A stretch of 61,132 bases of DNA, the filler included, from Sphacelaria rigidula (taxonomy: Eukaryota): assembly GCA_964200075.2 (NCBI GenBank). It is 7 parts of 7 records of this genome, joined end to end, with 100 filler letters (N's around TTAATTAATTAA, not from the genome) between each part and the next. Parts side by side here need not be neighbours in the genome. Positions count along the whole stretch, not along the records: positions 8,749 to 17,396 come from CAXNAA020010491.1; positions 17,497 to 26,144 come from CAXNAA020010492.1; 5 more parts are not named here. One strand, written 5' to 3'. Of this stretch, positions 10,054-22,825 are shown piece after piece (the stretch's first letter is position 1; each line of letters begins with the position of its first letter). Made by a program: the position numbers and the translations under genes. A model generated the notes under the pieces. It was not told where the DNA came from, made no database searches, and saw nothing but the letters and a program-made list of their open reading frames with translations.

Positions 10054-13000
10054 CCTCCGCCACAGTCCCATGCGCGCGCTTCTCCCAGAAGTACATGAAC
10101 ACGCCTTTCCAGGGGCCTGCTACAACGGCGATGGTCTTACCACCGTAGTGCGTGGCACTGACGGTGCACGCCCTGAGGTCGACCCCGAACAAACTGTCGC
10201 CGATCATTCCTTCCAGTTCTTCGGGAATCTGGTTGCCATGCGTTCTTCCGGCGTTGCCCTTATCCACCCGTGGTTCTTTAACACGTCCGCGCCGAAATGT
10301 TAGACCCTGATCAGAATCTTGGGATGCACCGGGTGTCCAGGTACGCTGACGAGGTGGACAAACGAAATCACGCTCGCTCTCAGAGCGCCAGAGACCCAAG
10401 AGGTCGAGTATAGTTGGGGAGATGTCTGCGTGCATACCCGTCCGATCGAAGCGGGCACCGGGTTGGACAGCGCTCTCCGAACCGCGAGGACTTGTGATGA
10501 AAAATGGTACGTGGATACCCTCCTACGCCAGCAACCGACGACGGTGACAGCGGGGCATTGGTAAGGGCAAAAAACGGGTGATGTCCATCCTATTCCGATC
10601 GCGCATGTGAAGAGATCATGCCATGTTCTCAACGCTCGTTAACCGACTCTGTCAATCCGGGAGACATAATGATGGCACGAGCCTACAGCAAGCATGCAAC
10701 ACTGTAGTATGAGGTGCATGCTGCAACACGAAAGATGCTTACTGTCGTAGCACTGCTTCATCACAAAGAGCGTTGGCCCTACTCGTGGGGGAGGCTTACT
10801 CATTTGTTGCTTGCCTTAGTCGTTTGACCATTGACCACGCATCCCTTTCGAGACGGAGCTGTGGGGGGGCGATCTTTCCTCCCCTTACTATTCGTGACAA
10901 AGCAGCCTCACGTACGATACTGCTGCAGCGTGTGATGGCTTCTTTCGCCAGCACGAGGTGTGATCCAGCAACGCACTAAAGATAACCCTCGGAAGCTACG
11001 TAGCTTTCTCAAACAACCTCGTGTCTTGGTACTGCCAGACCTACTCCTTCATCTGCGGTGGTTGGCCATTTGCGCTTACTATTGTACGCCTTCAGCTGCC
11101 CGTCATTACTCGGTTCCACACCTGGTACACGTTGTTCCCATGCTTGTTGAAGTCATGCTCCTCGAACGCCTGCGGTAGCAGCATGCAGGTACCACGGACA
11201 ACTACCAGAATTAAAAAGAGGCATGCAGCGAACCCGCACATTGCAAATCGCGACGGTCTCTCTACTACCGACGGTAACGACTTGTATGCCTGCGACCATG
11301 TCATGTAGAGCCATCGTTGGAGACCGCTTAGACGTCAGCGGAGTGTGTAATCAATCACTGAACGAAATTTGAACAGGCCAACTGCGTGAAAAATTGCCAT
11401 CCCCAATGTCCCTGTCGTTTCAAGTACCCCACCATGCGAAGGACATCCCCGCACCGATGCGGCATGCTGCCTCCACGGAACAGCAATGTATGTCACAATT
11501 TTTCCGCATAATTTCCATACCGGGATGTACCTGCACGCGATTAGAGCTTGTCCTTGACACACCTCGCCGTGATCCCCGACGACGATGACGTAAGTATTTT
11601 CTGACAGGCCGGACGCATCCAGTTCTCGGTACAAGTTCTTGAGGAAGGTATCCTGACGCGATTAAGGACAAAAGGAAAGGTCGGCCAGAAATATTGAGTT
11701 GGTAACTAGAGCTGTTCGTCTCCGGGAGAAGGATATCGCAAGGTTGTGACTCGAAACTTTGCTTGTTTACTGTGTTAAAAAAACACCAGGCCTAGCGCAG
11801 CTTACAGTTCGAAACGCGCCATCAGCAAAAGTAGAGCTTTTGGCGTGGGACTAGCAACACGCGGTGTAAATACACGCCCTACACTGAAACACGTGCTTCT
11901 ACTCTTCAGTTTCTGCCAACAGCGCCTGAAATGTAAGATGGTTGTTCTCTCGACACCCTCGCCACCGAAAGAATTGAAGGGATACGTTAATCTCACGAAA
12001 AGATTTGTGCGGCTTCACTGCTGCACGGTACTGTAGACGGCACGTCCACGCCGTCCAAGTGAGACTCACCTGGTACCGGAGGGCGTTCAGATACTTCATT
12101 CTGAGAAGCTCGCTGGCAGCACCCTCCTGTTCGTGGCAAGACGGCCGTGGGAGCATTAGAGTTACATTCGCTTGAGCATATCGCAGTACCACATGATGGG
12201 TGTTTGTGTACTTCACAGGAAGGATACGCTAGACGGTTTCCCAGCTTCCACCTGAGATCAGAGAGGGGTGAGCGATTTTTTTGGCTGCCACATAGACACC
12301 GGACGGAATGTCTGAGAGTATCTACGCTCATTCTACACTGAAGGTGGAAAGCACTAGCGGCCTGAAGAATCCCAAATATAATACATGCCCACCCATCGGG
12401 GACCACGACAAATATCGACGATAGTTACGAGTCGACATCCCGGGAATTGGATAGTACAAACGCAGGTGTGGGCCCCATGTACTCACGCCGACTGAAGGTC
12501 CCAGGTCCTGAGAAGCGAAGGTCTTCGGTACGTCGTGGTGGGGATGCGGGCCCACCTGGCCAAAGTAAACATGGAACGGCACGCACTTAACTTCGTGGTG
12601 CAGTGCTCATCCTTCAATTCATGGGCCCAGAGGTTCGCAGTCTCTCGGGCACATCTTTCACGAACAACGCCACACGTCATTGGCAACCGCGGAAAAAAAG
12701 GGTTTCAATACCGGGGACGACTGATGAACTGCGAACAAAGTTTTGGCCGTTCGACCGCCCACGCCCCTGCTTGGACGCCAGCTGGTCGGACTGCTTTTTG
12801 GAGGTTTGGAACACCTGCTTGTGGCGTAGACATGAAGCTTATCCAGAATCCGTGGGGGTTGGGGCCCGAACGCGCATATAAGTTGTTTCGTTGTCTTCGT
12901 GGCTGAGTCACAGCAAAGACACGTTGGCGTGATTGCATCAACGCCACACGCAGTCGCGTACGTGAGAATATATGAAGCAAAACCGTGACGCAATCAAGCG

Positions 13001-16000
13001 ACGTATGAAAGGGAAAACCGCAGCCGCCTCCCTCAAAGAAGCCAAGAGGCTGCGACAGGCCAACTAGCTACAACGTTCAGCTCTGAGCATCTGTTGCCAA
13101 CTTTCCACTTTCATCTGGAGCTCAAATAACTACCCTGAGCCATTAGCACGGGCGTTCAAACCTTCAAGTCGCCCGTGAGCGTAGCCTCAAGGCTAGGTCC
13201 AACGTTGCATCAGAATTCGGTAGCAAGGCCGCAAGGTTTGCTAATCCAGCATTTCTCTAAGAGCGATAACTTGTTTGGAGTATCGACGGGCCGAATATGA
13301 AGCATAGGATAGCGGCCTACCTAGTACGTGTCGCGCACCCGTCCTCCCGGAAAATTACCAGAGGTATCACGAATCCCATTCAACACGAACGATTGGCACA
13401 AGGCGTGGTGGCGTGAATTGGCACCAAGGTCTTACCGTGAGGATTGTGAGCAGCTTGCCTCGTTCGTCCTCGTCCACTCTCGCTGGGTCACGGTCTGTTC
13501 CCCCGCTTGCGTCCTCCCCCAGCAAAAACGAGATAGATCGGTTGAGTACAACGTGGTCATCGTAGCCTAGATAGTTGACCTTCTCAAAGGTGCCGTGCGG
13601 AAACGAAAACTGCGGAATAGATTGACACAAGGGGAACGCGAGCGAGGAAGAGAGCAAATTAGGAGGTTGTTTGCCCTTGCGAAGTATGTAGTCCTTAGGT
13701 GTCCTCCAATACCACAAGTTAACATTGTCTAAAGCGTTGCTGCGACAGACAGACAAAATAAAAGTGAACGCCATCCCTTGCTAGGGTAATATATTCGTTG
13801 ATACCTCTACTCGTAGATTATTTGTTTTTGCATAAGTTATACGTGAAAGCAGAGTGCGCGGAGAATAACGAGTGTTATATTATAGTGCAACCTTTATCAT
13901 CGTCGGATATCGTATCAACGCTCACTTCCTCGTGGATCTTTCTCGATCGGAACGCCTTCCGACCACCTTGAATGTCTTCTTTAGCGTATCCCACAGCGTT
14001 GTCAAATCCGAACACGCCAAGTCCACCCACCATGGATGCTGTCAGAAGTAACGACTCGTAGCCAAGGTTTGATCTGCACCACACATCACAAGTGAGGACG
14101 TACGAACGCAACGGACCGAAAGCGGTGAAACATGGTTACGATGGTGGAGACACGTGAAGATATAACACCGGGTGGGTGGGAAGTCTTGTGCGTCACGGTC
14201 AATCACTGGGTGTTACGCTATAACCCGTTAGGAATGCTTCGGTATCTTCGAGGCTATTTTCGCGTGAGAGCAGGACTCCGGAGAAGGTGTTCGAGGCACA
14301 GACCCGATCGTCTAACGAGAGACTGAGTACCAATGGGAACTCGAGAGTACTATAAAAAAAATCAAACCACCAAGACAGTACGTGATCCGATGATCATGTT
14401 TTCTTGTTAGCATGTGAACGCACCGACCATCCAAAATGCTGCTCGACAGCCTCTTACTACTTGTGCTGTGTAACTGCTGGCAAGGGTGGACGTGTGGAAG
14501 ACCACGAGGTGCATCGGAAAAGGATGACTTTCCCCGCCTCGAAATCGACCCCCACCTCAGCAAACCCGGAAGACACAGCTGGTGAAGCACATCGGGTTGA
14601 TCGAACTCCACCCATGATGTCTCCAAAGATGGCGTCATCCCGCACAGAATCTGAACAAGCATTGGCCTCGAATTGGTCGTAGCAGAGTCATCGTGAGCAA
14701 CCTCTCTCTGAGGGATGTTCATCCCAATCGCGAAGCCTTCAAAGCAGTCTGACGATAGTTTTTTCACCGTCCGTTAGAGGAATGAGTATCGTCCAGATCC
14801 CGATACTTGTACTTGTCTGGTCTTATATTCACGGGCTTGTACATTGTCAACGATCCCACGGTTTCCGAAAGTTAGATCTCCTTCGTGCGAGCTGTCTCTC
14901 CTGCTGGATAACTGTCGGCATACCGGGCGGGCATACTCACCATGAACCCTCTTCTATTCCGTACACCTCTACAAATACCATCACCGGCTAGCCATGCTCA
15001 GGTGTGTAAACTGAAAACCTATAGAGGCACAGTTGTCTTTTCTCGCCTTGTGTGTACCTCACGACATGGGACCCCCGCCCTGTTGGGAAGCCACTCGCAC
15101 CTGAAACATAGCCTTGTTGGTGTTGGGCATGGACGAGTAGAACTTCGTAGATGACATCCCTCTGCCAAATCCCAAGGCAGACGAAACACGGAATATTACA
15201 ACGGGAACGACACACAATGCTCAACCTTCGCTATGGTCGGTGGTCGGTGTGGGACAACACAAGAGCTATCGCTAATGTCAAGCTCAAGCGAAGGTCTGCA
15301 GCGCAATAAACGCAAAATTACTATCCGAACGCCGGCAATGGCACGCACACATTCCGTCGAACACCACGCAGGCTTCATGTACGAAGCTGTTACGATCATC
15401 AGCAGGCATCAACGTAACCACGCGTATGAGCTGGATCGAACGTCTTTGCGGAGCCTTCGCACGAAAGTTAGTCCAGGTGAAACTGCTTCCATTGTAGAAT
15501 ATGCCGCGATCATAACCACGCGGTCTTCGCGCACATGGCTTCACGGGTACCTCGGTGCTGTAGACGGTAACGCAGTACACCGGACCTCTCTCAACTGGCA
15601 CCATCGGAAACAGGGTCTACGGCGGCGTGTCCAGGACACCGATGGCACCGGTATCGATGCCAAGTGATCTGCGGGAGTGTGGGCTCACCGTCGAGAAAGC
15701 TCCTCCGCCCATGGCGACACTCCGAAGTCATTTGTGGGTGTGACGTAGATGCCACTCGTCGACTCCAGTACAACAATCAGGACGTTAGCCCCGCTTCCGC
15801 GAGCGCTGGGAGCGGCATATTGGCCTTGAGGGCCATGAGCCACCCCGCTGCCTTGCTCATTCTTTGTGCCAGTTTTGGACGAGGAGTGTACGGCATCGCC
15901 ATCGACGCCAGCGCCAAGGAAACCACGCACTCTGCAGGAAACTTCCTGCAAAGCTGCAGAAACAATCACACACAAAACAGAGGGATGCAGGCCAGCAACG

Positions 16001-17300
16001 CTACTTCGCCTTTCAAGAAGTCTGCAGGGTAGGACACTGTCGACGTGTAGGATAAGCAAGATTTTACCGAACTGAGGTCAAACCTTCGGTAGCATGCGCA
16101 TCAATCCTCTGTGCCACGATATGTCTTCTCTGGATTTCAGTCACATCTACAAATGCGCAATTTCCAAGACACGTGCTCGTGTACTCTATCATTAACTACG
16201 CTTGATGCTCCCTGGTGGCCGATTACTCAAACACCACATCGTAAAGTGGAAGAGGGCCATTATGCCCGGGTCCCCTTGAGCATAAGTCAACGGCAAACGA
16301 GACCAGGATTTGATTCTCTGCCGTGTCCATCGGCGGCAACTAATTGATACCGTATTCCGAATACGATAACCACTGTTGAGGACACTTGTTCGGCAAAACT
16401 CCGCCCGTGGGGCCGGCGTGGTACCTGTTGACGCCCAACGTTCCCCTCCACCTGACCGCGGGGTGTTTCGCAAGTCGAGAGCGACCCCGACAAAGCAGTT
16501 CCTCTTCAGTATCTACACGTAGAAACGATGAACACGCGGCAGCAAGATTCATTTGACGGTAAGTGCGTTCACGCAAACATGTATGGCTTGACACGCATCC
16601 GCCGCGTTGCCTCAGAGTTGATATTCCAAGTGACGCCCTTGCCACCACAGCCCGGTGAATTACCCGCCTGTCTAGCCACGAGCTTCGACCCAGCACCAAC
16701 CAGAGCGCACGCCAAGTAAAACCCACCCGTTATGGTATTCGGCATGCCCGCAGCTAAAACCACATTTTCAACCACGGGTTTTGTGCACCCCCACGCGCAA
16801 GCAACATCACCTTGAAGTGGTAGTCCCCGGGATCTCCGAATATGAAGAGTAGCTCTGCCAACAGCACCCCGAGAAGGCATAGCAACAGCTCACGACGAAG
16901 GCTTGCCACGGGATCGAGCCTATTTGGGGAATACGCCGCAACGACATGTGGGTGACGCACAGCATATTACATCATGCACACAGAGTGGTACCACCCCTTC
17001 GGCCGCTGACGACACGACTTTTATCAACTTTTCCTGAGTGCCAAGATGCGCACATTTACGTTGAGCGGAGGATACCCACGTGGTAGATGGTAACGGCGTT
17101 TCTCGACGACCTCTCCTGCGAGCGTTTGACTTTCTGACCCGGTATGCGAGAAAGAGCCCTGCCGCGATGACGCTGATGATGACGAGGGCCGCCTGGGCAC
17201 CGCGACGGTCCTCAATCTGGAGGGCGATGAACAGTATGGGTTTGAAACTCTTGGCAACCACACGAAGAGCATCGCCATCTAGCAGGGATCTGAGAACCAG
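10054..17300 (-). CDS. Multi-exon membrane-anchored LtaS/phosphoglycerol-transferase-like protein (alkaline phosphatase/sulfatase superfamily); 5' end missing, final exon unresolved
   Basis: Phase-compatible exons give hydrophobic segments (about 16811-17300), then NVLIVVLESTSG (about 15689-15931), FYSSMPNTNKAMFQ (15101-15161), ILCGMTP...CLPGLL (about 14556-14650), NYLGYDDHVVL (13459-13579), VGPHPHH (about 12486-12554), KYLNALRYQ (about 12070-12126), DTFLKNLY...NTYVIVVGDHGE (11563-11652), AFEEHDFNKHGNNVYQ (about 11122-11169), EGIHVPFFI...HADISPTILDLLG...GDSLF (about 10054-10523). Confidence 0.85.
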
Positions 17301-17396
17301 TTGAATATACGGGGGGGGGGGGGGGGGGGTTATGTAAACGTTACAGCTGGTTGGACTCACGGCCGCACGTGAGGTGTCGCCCGAGCTCCGTTAGTG

Positions 17397-17496
17397 NNNN
17401 NNNNNNNNNNNNNNNNNNNNNNNNNNNNNNNNNNNNNNNNTTAATTAATTAANNNNNNNNNNNNNNNNNNNNNNNNNNNNNNNNNNNNNNNNNNNN
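17397..17496. other. Artificial contig linker
   Basis: N-TTAATTAATTAA-N, 100 bp. Confidence 0.98.
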
Positions 17497-17555
17497 TAGG
17501 GATGCGAGGTCAATGGTCTGATGACTATGGCATGCATGATCATGAGTACACCCCC
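17497..17555 (-). repeat. End of the high-copy GGGGGTGTACTCATG repeat, copy 2
   Basis: Reverse complement of 8590-8648. Confidence 0.85.
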
Positions 17556-20112
17556 ACCTCCCCTCGACACACAAAGACACCCGCCGGGTGAAAATCGTGT
17601 TCCCACCACCCCTTTTTTTTTCTACGCATGGCTTTACTCGGCCGTATATCTGAAACGTCAGACAGTATCGGATACAGGGTTTCTTTTCTTGACTCAACAC
17701 CTGCGTAAAACTCCATCGCGCCGAGAAAAACAGCAACGAGTTTCCGGAAGGGTCGAGTCAATTAGATGTGTGCAACACTGACAACCGTTACGCTGAGGAA
17801 ATAAGAACGAGTATCCGAACGTGTGTCCGTGTATCACTCACCTCCCAGGTAGCGCGCCTCCACGACAAGCTTCAAACTCCCCGCGCTCGACGGTTCGTCG
17901 GCAAGCGATTCATCTTCGGATCGCGGGTTTGAAGGGATCGGTTCTGTCTCCGTCTTTGCGGCGGCGGGGGAACGGAGATCACTCCTGCGCCACAAGCCAA
18001 ACTCGTTCGAAATGCCCACAGACACGTCGAACCAACATCCTGATACGCACTGCTTTTGTAGGGGGGGGGGGGGGGGGGGGGAAGGGGGGCGAAGGAGAAA
18101 AAACGCGTAAGAAGACTACACGGAGTAAGGGTCTTGAAAAATGATGACACATTTATGTAAGACGTACACGTAGCAAAAGAGATGAAGCGATGCACAAGCG
18201 TTGAGGACCGAACTTCCGGAGAGGAACACTGAGGAGACACAATGATATCGGTGAGCAACCGTCGCCAACCAAAAGCGCGAAAATCCGCACGGTATTTGGG
18301 GGCGACAGTCAGGGAAGATACGCAATCACCATCGCACCCTGGTCGGGTCTAACGGTACGATTGACAACATTAGCGCGGGAGAAACGTGAGTTTGATTCCC
18401 CTCTGATTGAGTTTGTTTGTTCTTCCGCCCAGTAAAAAGTATCCGATTTTCGTCGTCAAAAGGATGAGAGCTTGAGTACAGTAGCAAAAAGGGTCTGCCT
18501 GGCTGAGTTTGCTAGACGAGAGTCGAGATGATGCGGGAGTGTTACAGCCATGATCCAATCCGCCATACCGCAATGTCAGGCGTTACCGGGCAAGACAAGT
18601 CGATCCCTTGAGACCACAGACTCCTCATGAGGAAAGGGGGGCGATAGAAATGAGGCCCGAAGGAGATGAAAATAATGGGAAACCACTAGGACGCGATACA
18701 TTCAGTAGACGACTCGCGAAGCCCGGAGCTCGAAATGCATGGTTGAAAACTTACTCAGGTGCAGTGTGAATAATCATGTTCGGATATTTGCAGGGCCCAC
18801 AGTCCGAAGGGCTCGCGCAGAGTGATCCAGCACGTGTTTCGGCTGAAGGGAGTGTTTTCGTGAGATTTGAGAGTCTTGCCTTTGATTGAGAGCGAGTTTT
18901 ATTATTCGCTTTAACTTGACCAATTCTTCATTGTGTATGTGTGTGTGTGCTTTTCTTTGTCTGTGTAATACTGTCGGTGTGTCTACAGCTACAAGCCGAT
19001 ATCCTACTCTGGAATATCAGAGGCTTCAGTGGCAAGCTACTGTAGTACAGAAAAGCGTATCGGGCCTCGTAGAAGGTCCGGGGGGGCATTTCGGAACTGA
19101 TATTATTCCTTCAATTATTTGATCGCTTCTGATTTTCAACCGCATTCTAGGTTCTCAATCTCACAAAACGTTTACGGTTCGGACGAATGAATCGTCGCCT
19201 GTTCGGGTGATCCACGATTTCTCAGACCTGATTGATCGAAAGAAAGAAAAAGTCGAGCGATGGTCAAACAGGTCTCCACGCAACTTTTGGGCTATTCCAC
19301 GTGCCTGGGCTGCGCGTACCTGGGTTGCAATGCTGAAAACAAAACATGAGGATTGATTCGTACCGTGCGAGTCAATCACACAAAACTCAAGTTATTTCCG
19401 AACGAATCAGTAACTCGGCCGACCCTTGAAAACATTGAAGAAAAGACGGCGCCGGCAGCCCCCGTCCAAGCCCTACCAGCGCACACATTGCCTATCAAAG
19501 GGCGACGTACGCATCGCCCTTGCTCGAGGGTTCTCGGTCTGCTATTGGCTAGGCTTTTTGATTCGCGGCACCAGATTGGCAAGCCCCCCCGTCTCGATAC
19601 GTTTCGCAATCAGCATGTACAGTATGTACATGTGCAGGCCAAAATACAAACGGTACACCCCCGCACTTTCACAGTACACGTGATAGACTTGTGCAGACAG
19701 TCCCGCCCCCTGTCAGCGTAACATTTTCATCCGGATAATGAAGTGTTCGTGCTCAACCCCTCGCAGCCAGATTTGGCACCCACCCTGATACCCGTGCGGC
19801 CACGATATGTGCTCGGATTACGTTTGTCTATAGTACGCACGATGATAACGCTCGAGCGGTCGCGACGTGTCTTGGGACTACGTAGTTCATAGTTCATGTC
19901 TCTACTGCAATGTGCTGGCCATGCATATCCGAGACAAGTGACCAGCCAAAGCATGCTTCTCGTCGGCGGGCATGCTCGTTCACAAACAGTTCCGCCGCTT
20001 GATCACCTTCGCGAACACACGACAAGCCACCAGCGACAGAAACGAACTTTCCCGTGCGCTCAAGGCACTTTGGCAACCGCTACAAAAAGTGTAATACCTT
20101 CACGCTTGAGGA

Positions 20113-20345
20113 GCGTAGGGCGGCGGCACCCTGCACTGCACCAAGTTGACGGGGGCTTTCAGTGGGTTCACCCACCACACTGCCTCGAGCAAAGCTTCCC
20201 GACCGCTCAAGGTGCCTACCCCACATGACTGCCGCGAGGGGGTCTGTGACAGCGGAGGCTCCGGGCAATCGGTACACGAACCTCTTCGCGGGGTAAGTGG
20301 TGGGTAAGGTTTCCTCCTCCCTTCAAGAGAATGAATAAATTAATT
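20113..20345 (+). repeat. Dispersed SINE-like or retroposon 3' segment, copy 1 (may extend 5' to about 19727)
   Basis: Colinear with 25854-26075 (tgcactgc.ccaagttga, ccccacatgact.ccgcgagg, aatcgg.acacgaac, gcggggtaagtg, ggtttcctcct.cc.tcaag), followed by an A/T-rich tail. Confidence 0.7.
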
Positions 20346-20529
20346 AACCTTAAAGCGCCGACTACTGCGTGCTCTGCCATCGCTGGCTGATCAGCATAGA
20401 TAGGTGTGTACTAAATGAAATCCCGTCATTGTTGCCGGTCGATTTTTGCGCGCTTGCCAGTCCTTCCTGGGGGTAGTATGCGTGTTGCTTTGGGACATAT
20501 CCGCGCGATCGTCAAGGTCACGTTCAACA

Positions 20530-20790
20530 AAGAAATTTCTCGGAAACGTGTCTTTTTTCAAATAACGCTAACCCTACAAACCCTACCCCAACCCAAGGCA
20601 TACCGAGAACCCTCGGGCGAGGGGGGTGCCAAGCGTTCCCGGGGCAAAGTGTGGCGTTGGCAGACCTCAAAACGGCGTCACAGGTGCCGATTTTAACGAA
20701 AACGCTTTCCGCGCACGCGAGGGGCAGTAGGGGCTGTCTGCCCCGATAAAAATCCGATTATCGGTGTTTGCCCTCAAATCAAGTAATAAA
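20530..20790 (+). repeat. Dispersed element with degenerate (TAACCC)n and a CCGAG-N4-CTCGG hairpin core, copy A
   Basis: Colinear with the reverse complement of about 46000-46210. The core motif is shared with about 37843-37912, 47010-47077 and 48290-48350. Confidence 0.7.
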
Positions 20791-21444
20791 ATTCCGGGAA
20801 GGTTCGAATCGACAAAGTGGTAAAACACGACTGCACCTTCTTGAGATTTTCGATCGATCTTAACACGTTGGAAAAGTCATTGAGAGTACAAGAACTGATG
20901 GACGGCGCGTAATTGTTTATAAACAGCATCGATTTTTGCGCGCTTGACAATTCGAATATAGAATGATGAAGGGAAAAACCTTCATTACCCGGGGATTTTA
21001 TGCACACATCCCCCCCACAAATCATGAGCACACGGGTGGTATCTACCGTTTTGGCGTATTATACACGACGGCGATGCATCAATACCCAAAAATGCATCGA
21101 CGGAACGTTTGAACAATTAACTATTTTTCTCCGACCCACCGTCTCTTCCCACCCGGGGATGCACTCGCTCTATCTCCTCCCCTGAAGCGATGAGGGGGGG
21201 GGGCAGGGGGGGAGTTATTTACCAGTTTGATCAGATACACACGCATTTACACACGATCAGCATAACCCTGCACACGCTGCAGGCATCACCAGAAAAAAAT
21301 CACCCTACCCTACTGGTTTATTACCCCTTCCTTTCCCCATGTCCTTTCCCGGGGACAGAATCAACGCATCCCATGACCGAACAATTTCAGCGGGACTGGG
21401 TGTCATCCCACAATTGAGCCATTTGCGGCCGGAAAACAATGGAT

Positions 21445-22230
21445 CTGAGGCTGTGTATTATAAAAAAATCGACTCGAACATACGCAGTCGAATCCAATTG
21501 GTCTTAGTTAGCTCGTATCTGATACGTCCACCACATTTATGTTCTCAGATGGCTTCAAGTCAATTTTATAACAATTTGCGCGCGATGGCAGGGTCGCAAA
21601 CAGAAAAGCTCAGCTTTTTCGAACGAAACGAGCGGTGGAAACGAACGCAGGGGCGCATGACTGCTATGTTGTAGACAACCATGCCAGATACCACTCTTTC
21701 AAAACTATGCAAAACCCAGATGGTTCATTCGCAGCTACCAACTCAACCCTGCAGCATGGATCACGAACTGAGCACAGGGATACATACACTGCAGTGATAG
21801 GGAACCGACACCACCACCCTCTTGACATAATGTGTTTGTTTGTTGTTGGCGAAAACCTGGGCATCTAACTTTGTGGTGGGGTCCACCGACGGAGTTGCGT
21901 CTTGCGGTGGGCGAACGAATTGCGAACACACTCATGGCCAGCAGAGGCAGTGCAAAACTGGACGAGGTTCAAATCGTCTTCACAATCGTCCTGTATGCAG
22001 AGAGTACAGATATGTCCGTGTGTCACGTTGCTCTCTTCTTTTCCACATTGCGCCTGCATCCTGGACGAAACACACACACTATGCAGACGGTACAGGCAGT
22101 GCTGCCTGTACAGTCTGTACTGCTGTCTGCATTAAAGTCAAGTCAACAAGTACCCCTCCACGAACTTCGCTCAGCTTTTTCGTTCCAAAGCGTGCAAATT
22201 CACTCAGACCCGAACATTCTGAGCGACAAA
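21445..22230. repeat. Fragments of a dispersed DNA-transposon-derived repeat family shared with contig 6
   Basis: 21445-21620 aligns by eye to 46280-46460 (same strand). About 22010-22230 aligns to 45700-45930 (opposite strand). The start GGCTGTGTATTA resembles the GGCCGTGTCTTA TIR of the MITE at 44994-45346. Confidence 0.65.
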
Positions 22231-22825
22231 AGGGGGTGTTATCCGACGTCTTAGCTGTGTGCGGCCGGACAACAGTGAAGCTGAACTCGTGCGCAGTACC
22301 AGTACAAAGCTTACAACGTACTTCAAGAACTGTTACCTTTTGTTTCTCTCGGCGGGACTGCGGGCACCCCGGGGAAGGAGAAATTTCCGATCCCCTTAAG
22401 CTAGGTGTTCCCACAATTTCCGGTAGATTATGAGCTTCTCCGTGCCATCGCTCCCAACATACCTACTGAAATTACTGTACGTACCTTCAGCGTGCGCTTC
22501 TGTTCATTCATGTTGGGTATGTCCAACTTGTGACCATGGCCGAATTTGCAGCACGTTACTTCATGTGCGAACACCCACCGACCAAGCAATGAGCTACTCC
22601 GTACACACAACACAGCGCAACGCTGGGCGGTAGGTACACTGCAGCAATGTGGTGTCGAAACGGCGACGGACACGGGTAGCGACGCGGAGGAAAACATACC
22701 GCCATACCACAAATAATGAGATGCACAACTCTTCTACGTCCTGCTCCGTGCGGGGCCCGAACTTCGGGGTGCTGTCCCTGTCGGCAAATCCTGGCGAAAA
22801 AGCGAACTCAGCAGCGCTCTTTTGC

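Noticed and set aside
20566-20595. TAACCC-like repeats as a true telomere or telomerase RNA template
   Set aside because: Short, degenerate, internal and part of a dispersed repeat family.
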